Shown here: in pieces, positions 20,681-27,128 of the stretch
How positions within the stretch are numbered: position 1 is the stretch's first letter
Layout of the letters: the number at the start of each line of letters is the position of its first letter
Sequence record: DRR378314_1453
Strand: one strand, 5' to 3'
DNA: 33,126 nt
Notes under the pieces: generated by a model
Seen by the model: only the letters and a program-made list of their open reading frames with translations
Told to the model about the DNA's origin: nothing
The model's database searches: none
Position numbers and translations under genes: made by a program

Positions 20681-21255
20681 ACCCCAATCGTCCGGCCTCC
20701 GCCCAACCGAGCAGCACGCGTTCCCCGGGGACCGCCAGGAGGGCTACCGGCAGCATGGACAGGCCGCCGTCCCGTTCTCCATCTTCCAATCAGGTGACAT
20801 CCAAGGTGAAGAAATCCGCATCCTCCGCCTCCAAGGCGGAAACGCTCATTCATGGTTTTACGCCTTACACGCCCAACCAAGGCGAGGAGTACATGAACGA
20901 AGCACAGCGCGCCCATTTCCGTCAGATTCTGCTGGCCTGGCGCCAGGAACTGATGGAGGAAGCCGACCGCACCATGCACCACCTCCAGGACGAAGTGGCC
21001 AACCTGCCGGACCCGGCCGACCGGGCCACCCAGGAAGAAGAATTCGCTCTGGAGCTGCGCACCCGCGACCGCGAGCGCAAGCTTCTCAAGAAGATCGAAA
21101 AAGCGCTCGACCAGATCGACAAGGACGATTACGGCTTCTGTGATGCCTGCGGCATCGAAATCGGCATCCGCCGCCTGGAAGCCCGCCCCACCGCCGAGCT
21201 CTGCATCGACTGCAAGGAACTGGCGGAAATCAAGGAAAAACAGCTGGCCGGGTGA
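20092..21255 (+). CDS. dksA: RNA polymerase-binding factor DksA with long N-terminal Lys/Ala-rich extension
   Basis: C-terminal EEYMNE..., DPADRA coiled-coil tip, CDAC...CIDC zinc finger; AAGGGAG SD before ATG 20092; sfsA/dksA/gluQ synteny. Confidence 0.93.
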   Translation: MATGSKSKKKTASKAGSAASKKATTKTTTAKKAVAKKAAVKKAPAKKAAAKTTPKRATAAPTRKTTATKAAAKKATAKKAAVKKPAAKKTTVKKAATAPAKKAASKKPASKPAAKKAAVKKAAVKKTAAKKPTAKKAAVKKAATAKSATTPKAPAKQSAAQKAPAKTAAGKAAKPVAKKAAAKKSTARKATAAPATNPNRPASAQPSSTRSPGTARRATGSMDRPPSRSPSSNQVTSKVKKSASSASKAETLIHGFTPYTPNQGEEYMNEAQRAHFRQILLAWRQELMEEADRTMHHLQDEVANLPDPADRATQEEEFALELRTRDRERKLLKKIEKALDQIDKDDYGFCDACGIEIGIRRLEARPTAELCIDCKELAEIKEKQLAG

Positions 21256-22130
21256 ACCGGCCGTACCGGGGGCGCTTCGCCCCCACGCCATCGGGGCCGC
21301 TGCATTTCGGCTCGCTGGTAACGGCGCTGGCCGGCTGGCTGGACGCCCGTTACCACGGCGGCCAGTGGCTGCTGCGCATCGACGATCTGGACCCGCCCCG
21401 CCAGCAACCGGGGGCGGTGGACACCATCCTGCGACAACTGGACGCCTTTCAACTGCACTGGGACGGCGACCCGGTCTATCAAAGCCGGCGTAGCGATCAT
21501 TATCAGCGGGCAGTGGACACCCTGCTGGCGGAGGGCAAGGCGTTTTACTGCACCCTGTCGCGCAAACAACTGAAAGCCCTGGATCACATTCACCCCGGCC
21601 CCGCCGTGGCCCAGCCGCCGGGGCCGGACCGCGCGGTGCGTCTGACGGTGCCCGACACACCGCTGTGGCTTGACGACCGGCTGCAGGGCCGGGTGCACGC
21701 CGATCTGGCCCTGGAGGGCGGCGCCTTCGTGATACGCCGCCGCGACGGGCTGTTCGGCTACCAGCTGGCGTGCGCGCTGGACGACGCGGAAATGGCGATC
21801 ACCGACGTGGTCCGCGGCAGCGACCTGCTGGCCTCCACCCTGCGCCAGCAATGGGTGCTGGAGTGCCTGGGCAAGGCCGCGCCATGCTACGCTCATCTGC
21901 CGGTGGTGATGGACCCGGCCGGCGGCAAGATGAGCAAGTCCGCCGGCGCCGCCGCGCTCGACAGTGAACGGCCCGGCGGCTTCCTGTTCACCGCTCTCGG
22001 CTATGTGGGGCTGACACCGCCGCCGACACTGCGCGACGCCGGCGTGGCGGAGCAACTGGCCTGGGCCCGCGCGAACTGGACGCCGGCCCACCAGCCCGGC
22101 GGGCGCCGGCTGCCGCCACCCTCGATTTAG
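21252..22130 (+). CDS. gluQ: glutamyl-Q tRNA(Asp) synthetase
   Basis: YRGRFAPTPSGPLHFGSL, LRIDDLDPPR, VVRGSDLL, KMSKS; no anticodon domain; GTGA overlap with dksA. Confidence 0.94.
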   Translation: MNRPYRGRFAPTPSGPLHFGSLVTALAGWLDARYHGGQWLLRIDDLDPPRQQPGAVDTILRQLDAFQLHWDGDPVYQSRRSDHYQRAVDTLLAEGKAFYCTLSRKQLKALDHIHPGPAVAQPPGPDRAVRLTVPDTPLWLDDRLQGRVHADLALEGGAFVIRRRDGLFGYQLACALDDAEMAITDVVRGSDLLASTLRQQWVLECLGKAAPCYAHLPVVMDPAGGKMSKSAGAAALDSERPGGFLFTALGYVGLTPPPTLRDAGVAEQLAWARANWTPAHQPGGRRLPPPSI

Positions 22131-22139
22131 GAAGCGATC

Positions 22140-22316
22140 ATGTACACCGACCGGCTGCTGATCATTTTTATTCTCGGCACCTATCTGTTGTCACCGTCCC
22201 TGATCGACTGGTGGAGCGAAGGCGGCCGCGCCTGGTACCGCCCCTATCTGGTCTGGCTGGGGCTGATCGCATTGAGCTACTGGATCGCCAGGAGTCGGGA
22301 TGTCGATGGCCTATAG
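22140..22316 (+). CDS. cbrX: CbrX-like 58-aa membrane peptide
   Basis: Hand translation MYTDRLLIIFILGTYLLSPSLIDWWSEGGRAWYRPYLVWLGLIALSYWIARSRDVDGL; overlaps the cbrA start by 17 nt; SPxxxDWW and AWYRPY as recalled from Pseudomonas CbrX. Below the ORF-track size cutoff. Confidence 0.85.
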   Translation: MYTDRLLIIFILGTYLLSPSLIDWWSEGGRAWYRPYLVWLGLIALSYWIARSRDVDGL

Positions 22317-25251
22317 TGTCAGCGATCTGATTCTGATCGCCGGCGCCTACCTGCTGTTTCTGTTCCTGGTGGCGTGGATCACCGAGAAGGGCTGGATCCC
22401 GGCGCGTCTGGTACGCCACCCGGCGGTCTATGTGTTTTCCCTGGGGGTCTACGCCAGCGCCTGGGCGATCTACGGCTCGGTGGGCTACGCCCACGACTAC
22501 GGCTACAACTTCCTCGCCTACTTCCTGGGCATCTCCGGCGTGTTCCTGCTGGCGCCGATACTGCTGGCGCCGATCCTGCGGCTCACCACCACCTATCAGC
22601 TCAGTTCCCTGGCCGACCTGTTCGCGTTCCGCTACCGCAGCCGCCTGGCCGGCGCGCTGACCACCGTGATGATGGTGGTCGGCATGCTGCCGCTGCTGTC
22701 GATGCAGATAAAAGCGGTGGCGGAGTCGATCCAGATTCTCACCGGCGAGCCGGACCCGGCCTGGGTGGCGTTCTGGTTCTGCCTGCTGATCACGCTGTTC
22801 GCGATTCTGTTCGGCGCCCGCCATGCCACCGCCCGCGAACGCCACGAAGGCCTGGTGGTGGCCATCGCCACCGAGTCCCTGATCAAGGTGGCGGCGTTCG
22901 CGGCGGTGGCGCTGATCGGCCTGTTCGGCGTGTTCGACGGGCCCAGCGGCCTGGGCGTGTGGCTGGACCAGCACCCGGAGATGCTGTCGCGCCTGTACGC
23001 GCCGCTGCAGGACAACACCTGGCACAGCCTGATCATGGCGTTTTTCGTGTCCGCCGTGGTGATGCCGCACATGTTCCACATGGCGTTCACGGAAAACCTT
23101 AACCCGCGCGCCCTGGTGTCGGCGAGCTGGGGGCTGCCGCTGCTGTTTCTGGTGATGGCGCTGTGCGTGCCGATCATTCTGTGGGCCGCGCTGGCCAGCA
23201 ACGCCACCACCTCGCCGGACTACTTCACACTCGGCGTGGGCCTGGCCAATGGTGGCGGCGGCGCGGTGCTGGGGTATCTGGCCGGGCTGGCCGGCGCCAG
23301 CGGCATGCTGATCGTCGCCATCCTGTCGTTGTCGGGCATGTGCCTGAACCATCTGATCCTGCCCGCCAGCCCGCTCAATTCCGCCCAGGACCTGTACCGG
23401 AATCTGCTCTGGACCCGGCGCGTGCTGATCGCCGCGATTCTCGCCCTGGCCTATGTGTTCTACCGCCTGGCCGGGCCCAATCATTCGGCGGTGGAACTGG
23501 GCGTGTTGTCGTTCGTGGCCGCGCTGCAATTCGTGCCCGGCCTGATCGGCACCCTGTTCTGGCCGTCCGGCAACCGCAACGGCCTGTACGCGGGGCTGTG
23601 CGCCGGCTTCGCAGTGTGGCTGGCGGCGCTGCTGCTGCCCATGGTGTACCCGGACTGGCACGCCCAGCACCTGGTGGAAATGTTCGGCCTGCGCCGGGCC
23701 GAAGGCGCCGACCACTGGAACCAGGTGGCGATCGTGTCGGTGGCCCTCAACGGCGTGGTGTACGCGATCATCTCCATCGTCACGCCCATGTCCCGGTCGG
23801 AGCGCACCGCCGCCGAAGCCTGCGCGGTGGACAGCCTGCGCCGCCCCTACCGCTGGGATCTCAGCGCGCAGACCGTGGACGAGTTCGTCACCGCGCTGAG
23901 CGGGCCGCTGGGGCCCGGCACCGCCGCCCGGGAAGTGGACATGGCCCTCGGCGACCTGCAACTGAATGCCAACGAAACACGGCCCTACGCGCTGCGGCGT
24001 CTGCGTGACCAACTGGAGACCAACCTCTCCGGCCTGCTGGGGCCGTCCGTGGCCCATCAGCTGATGGACGACAACCTGCCCTACAAGCCCCAGGACGGCG
24101 AATCCAGCGAGGACATCCAGTTCATCGAATCGCGCCTGGAACAGTACCGCGACCGCCTCTCCGGACTGGCCGCGGAGCTGGACAGCCTGCGCCGTTTTCA
24201 CCGCCAGACCCTGCTGGAGCTGCCCATGGGCGTGATTTCCCTGGGCGGCGACGGCGAGATCATCGGCTGGAACCGGGCGGTGGAGGACCTCACCGGCATC
24301 GACGCCGAGCACACCATCGGCTCGCGGCTGGCGCATCTGCCGGCGCCCTGGGGCGACCTGCTCTCGGAGTTCGGGCGCGGCGAAGCCATGCACGAGCCGC
24401 AGCGCCATCTGGAGGTGGACGGCCAGTCCCGCTGGATCAGCCTGCACAAATCGCTGATCCAGAGCCCGGGCCCCAGCGAGCAGGCCGGCGGCCTGGTGCT
24501 GGTGCTGGAGGACATCACCGAACTGCGGCAGATGGAATCCCACCTGGCCCACAACGAGCGCCTGGCGTCCATCGGCCGGCTGGCGGCGGGCGTGGCCCAC
24601 GAGATCGGCAACCCGGTGACCGCCATCGCCTGTCTGGCACAGAACCTGGACGGCGAATGCGACCGCGAGGAGCAGACTCTCAGCGCCAGCCAGATCATGG
24701 AGCAGACCCGCCGCATCACCCGTATCGTCGAATCCCTGGTCACGTTCAGCCACTCCGGCGGCCTGCGAGATACCATCCAGGGTCCGGTGAACGTGGCCGC
24801 CACCGCCGCCGAGGCCATTGCGCTGCTACTGCTCGACCCGGACCATCGGGCACAGCGATTTGAGAACCACTGCGCGCCGGATCTGGAAGTGATCGGCGAC
24901 CCCCAGCGCCTGCTGCAGGTGTTCGTCAACCTGCTCGGCAACGCGGCGGACGCCAGCGATGCGGGCGACGCGATCCGCGTGCTCAGTGAAGACCACGGCG
25001 ACAAGGTGCGCATCCAGGTGGAGGACCACGGCCACGGCATTCCCGAGGAATTGCGTGCCGCCCTGTTCGAGCCGTTTGTTACCAGCAAACCGCCCGGCAG
25101 AGGCACGGGGCTGGGTCTGGCGCTGGTTTACAGTATTATCGAGGACCACCACGGCACGGTATGGGTGGAAAGCCCCATCGACGGCGACCGTGGAACCCGC
25201 TTTATCATCGAGCTGCCGTGCTTCAGCGCCGGCGACTTGAGCACGCATTAA
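22300..25251 (+). CDS. cbrA: CbrA-like sensor histidine kinase (SLC5/SSS transporter, STAC, PAS, HisKA, HATPase)
   Basis: ~500-aa polytopic SSS-like N-terminus (SLGVYASAWAIYGSVG), PAS region, LAAGVAHEIGNP, QVFVNLLGNA, GTGLGL; position between gluQ and cbrB/pcnB. Confidence 0.92.
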   Translation: MSMAYSVSDLILIAGAYLLFLFLVAWITEKGWIPARLVRHPAVYVFSLGVYASAWAIYGSVGYAHDYGYNFLAYFLGISGVFLLAPILLAPILRLTTTYQLSSLADLFAFRYRSRLAGALTTVMMVVGMLPLLSMQIKAVAESIQILTGEPDPAWVAFWFCLLITLFAILFGARHATARERHEGLVVAIATESLIKVAAFAAVALIGLFGVFDGPSGLGVWLDQHPEMLSRLYAPLQDNTWHSLIMAFFVSAVVMPHMFHMAFTENLNPRALVSASWGLPLLFLVMALCVPIILWAALASNATTSPDYFTLGVGLANGGGGAVLGYLAGLAGASGMLIVAILSLSGMCLNHLILPASPLNSAQDLYRNLLWTRRVLIAAILALAYVFYRLAGPNHSAVELGVLSFVAALQFVPGLIGTLFWPSGNRNGLYAGLCAGFAVWLAALLLPMVYPDWHAQHLVEMFGLRRAEGADHWNQVAIVSVALNGVVYAIISIVTPMSRSERTAAEACAVDSLRRPYRWDLSAQTVDEFVTALSGPLGPGTAAREVDMALGDLQLNANETRPYALRRLRDQLETNLSGLLGPSVAHQLMDDNLPYKPQDGESSEDIQFIESRLEQYRDRLSGLAAELDSLRRFHRQTLLELPMGVISLGGDGEIIGWNRAVEDLTGIDAEHTIGSRLAHLPAPWGDLLSEFGRGEAMHEPQRHLEVDGQSRWISLHKSLIQSPGPSEQAGGLVLVLEDITELRQMESHLAHNERLASIGRLAAGVAHEIGNPVTAIACLAQNLDGECDREEQTLSASQIMEQTRRITRIVESLVTFSHSGGLRDTIQGPVNVAATAAEAIALLLLDPDHRAQRFENHCAPDLEVIGDPQRLLQVFVNLLGNAADASDAGDAIRVLSEDHGDKVRIQVEDHGHGIPEELRAALFEPFVTSKPPGRGTGLGLALVYSIIEDHHGTVWVESPIDGDRGTRFIIELPCFSAGDLSTH

Positions 25252-25266
25252 AAAAGGAACGGCACC

Positions 25267-26592
25267 ATGAGCCATATCCTGATCGTTGAAGACGAGCCGG
25301 TGATTCGCGGCGCCCTGCGCAAACTACTGGAACGGCACGATCACTCCGTGGCTGAGGCGGAATCCGTGGAGCAGGCCCGCGAGAACGGCCTCACCCAGTG
25401 CGACCTGATCATCAGCGACCTGCGCCTGCCCGGCGAGCCCGGCACCGCGCTGATCGAGCTGGCGGCCCCGGTGCCGGTGCTGATCATGACCAGCTACGCC
25501 AGTCTGCGCTCGGCGGTGGACGCCATGCGCGAAGGCGCCGTGGATTACATCCCCAAGCCGTTCGACCACGATGAAATGCTGATGTCGGTGCAGCGGGTGC
25601 TCAAGGAAGGCCGCATCAACCGGGGCAACCAGGCGCTGCGCCAGGACATGGAGCGCACTTACCCGGTTCGCTCCATGATCGGTGACTGCGAACCGATGCG
25701 CGATCTCAAGCACCGCATCAGCCGCGTCGGCCCCACCGACACCCCGGTGCTGATTCTCGGCGAGGCCGGCACCGGCAAGGAGCTCACCGCGCGCGCCCTG
25801 CACGAACACAGCGAGCGCGCCGCCGCGCCGCTGGTAACGGTGCACTGCGCCGCTCTGCCCAAGACTCTGCAACTGGAGGAACTGTTCGGCAACGACAGCC
25901 AACCCGGCCGCATCGAGAACGCCGACGGCGGCACCTTCTTTCTTGACGAAGTGGGCGAGCTGTCCAACGAGGCGCAAAGCCGCCTGCTGACCCTGCTGGA
26001 ACAAGGGGAGATCCACCGCCAGGGCTCGCTGTCGCCGCGCCGGGTGGACGTGCGCGTGATCGCCAGCAGCCAGATGGATTTGCCGGCCCGGGTCACCGAC
26101 GGTCGCTTCCGCGAGGACCTGTATTACCGCCTCAACGTGATGGAGCTGGAGCTGCCGCCCCTGCGCGAGCGCGAGGACGATATTGAGCAACTGGCCGCCA
26201 CCCTGCTGACGCGCAGCTGCGAAAAGCTCAGCCGTGGGGTGCTGTACTTCACCGACGCCGCGCTCGCCGCCATGCGCGCCTACAGCTGGCCGGGCAACGT
26301 GCGAGAGCTGGAAAACGTGATCGAGCGGGCGGTGATTCTCACCGAAGAGGACGGCATCGGCCCCGCGCAACTGGGCCTGAACCCCAACCGCACCCCGCAG
26401 CGGGTCAGCCGGGCCAGCCTGGACCCCTCCGAGGATCTGTCCCTGGAGGACTATTTCACCCGTTTCGTACTGGAAAACCAGGACAGCATGACCGAGACCG
26501 AACTGGCCCAGAAGCTGGGGATCAGCCGGAAAAGCCTGTGGGAACGCCGGCAACGCCTGGGCATTCCACGCCGCAAGAGCACCCGCCGGTGA
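25267..26592 (+). CDS. cbrB: CbrB-like NtrC-family response regulator lacking the GAFTGA motif
   Basis: REC (ILIVEDE, DLIISDLRLPG), Walker A GEAGTGKE, Walker B FFLDE, FREDLYYRL, WPGNVRELEN, C-terminal LSLEDYF...MTETELAQKLGISRKSLWERRQRLGIPR typical of CbrB. Confidence 0.92.
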   Translation: MSHILIVEDEPVIRGALRKLLERHDHSVAEAESVEQARENGLTQCDLIISDLRLPGEPGTALIELAAPVPVLIMTSYASLRSAVDAMREGAVDYIPKPFDHDEMLMSVQRVLKEGRINRGNQALRQDMERTYPVRSMIGDCEPMRDLKHRISRVGPTDTPVLILGEAGTGKELTARALHEHSERAAAPLVTVHCAALPKTLQLEELFGNDSQPGRIENADGGTFFLDEVGELSNEAQSRLLTLLEQGEIHRQGSLSPRRVDVRVIASSQMDLPARVTDGRFREDLYYRLNVMELELPPLREREDDIEQLAATLLTRSCEKLSRGVLYFTDAALAAMRAYSWPGNVRELENVIERAVILTEEDGIGPAQLGLNPNRTPQRVSRASLDPSEDLSLEDYFTRFVLENQDSMTETELAQKLGISRKSLWERRQRLGIPRRKSTRR

Positions 26593-26646
26593 ATTTCAGT
26601 GCTTGCTTTTGCGGTTTCGATCAGTGCGGAACGGGGCCGGGAGGGG

Positions 26647-26698
26647 TGTTACCCCAGAAGTGTTACCTTACTACACAGGGCGGTAACAGGTGTGCTAC
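26647..26698. promoter_or_regulatory. CbrB-type upstream activating sequences
   Basis: TGTTAC (26647-52), TGTTACC-N14-GGTAACA palindrome (26661-88) and a degenerate TGCTAC (26693-98). Confidence 0.8.
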
Positions 26699-26740
26699 CG
26701 CGCCGGAGCTTATAACTGTTCACATTTCTTCATTTTTTTA

Positions 26741-26753
26741 TAAGTGCTTGATT
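26741..26753 (-). promoter_or_regulatory. IHF binding site
   Basis: Minus strand AATCAAGCACTTA matches WATCAANNNNTTR exactly, in an AT-rich context between the UAS and the promoter. Confidence 0.75.
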
Positions 26754-26773
26754 TGAAAGGGTTTAACAACTTG

Positions 26774-26802
26774 TTGCAATGGAAAAACCATCCATGCACT
26801 AT
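26774..26802 (+). promoter_or_regulatory. putative sigma70-type promoter of the CrcZ-like sRNA
   Basis: TTGCAA (26774-79), 17-bp spacer, CACTAT (26797-802); predicted +1 near 26809-26810, at the base of the first stem. Confidence 0.5.
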
Positions 26803-26809
26803 GAATCCC

Positions 26810-27001
26810 ACGCCACATAAGGAAAACAACAACGGCGTTAAGGCTCATAATAAGAACAAGAAAAGAAGAAGAATAAACTTGGAGCCAAAACAAGATGCCG
26901 TAACAAAAATTGGTTATGGCGCAAGGCAGAAAAAAACACAAACAATAACAACAACAGAATCAGCGCATAGGGGATCACAACCGAGGTTGTGGTCCCTTTT
27001 T
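26810..27001 (+). ncRNA. CrcZ-like Hfq/Crc-sequestering small RNA (~190 nt)
   Basis: Sits at the crcZ locus (cbrB-pcnB). AANAANAA tracts at 26825-32, 26849-76 and 26941-54; short GC stems; ends in an intrinsic terminator. The 5' end is inferred. Confidence 0.8.
26971..27001 (+). terminator. rho-independent terminator of the sRNA
   Basis: GGGATCACAAC-CGAG-GTTGTGGTCCC 11-bp stem (one G-U) followed by TTTTT. Confidence 0.9.
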
Positions 27002-27084
27002 ACTTTCCAGGCCCGCCATATCCCTCACGCCCGGCGGACCGCCCGCCCTTTCTCCAGATCGAATAACCAGCCCGTGGCAAAAAG

Positions 27085-27093
27085 TGCTACCAT
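27085..27093 (+). promoter_or_regulatory. extended -10 promoter for the pcnB operon
   Basis: TG-C-TACCAT downstream of the sRNA terminator and 35 nt before ATG 27129. Confidence 0.5.
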
Positions 27094-27128
27094 GCCGCCT
27101 TTCATTCCGTCAGGACGTTTTTTGCTCA

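Noticed and set aside
19980-20789. Hydrophobic 269-aa minus-strand ORF resembling a membrane protein
   Set aside because: Its Phe/Leu/Ala pattern is the reverse complement of the Lys/Ala codons of the dksA extension.
22168-24753. Long antisense or alternative-frame ORFs (also 46..1428, 1603..3027, 20074..21660, 27252..28901, 32293..33024)
   Set aside because: Stop-poor shadows of real genes in high-GC DNA, with no recognisable motifs.
26774-26790. Minus-strand TGGTTTTTCCATTGCAA with GG-N10-GC spacing
   Set aside because: It has a poor -24 element (no CAC), points away from the sRNA and has the UAS downstream. It cannot be the sRNA promoter, though a weak antisense sigma54 site is not excluded.
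26821-26960. CRISPR-like or microsatellite repeat
   Set aside because: No constant-length repeats with spacers and no cas genes; the triplets are degenerate.
26810-27001. CsrB/RsmY-type CsrA sponge interpretation of the sRNA
   Set aside because: Only about three GGA triplets and no repeated GGA hairpin loops; AANAAN tracts and synteny fit CrcZ.
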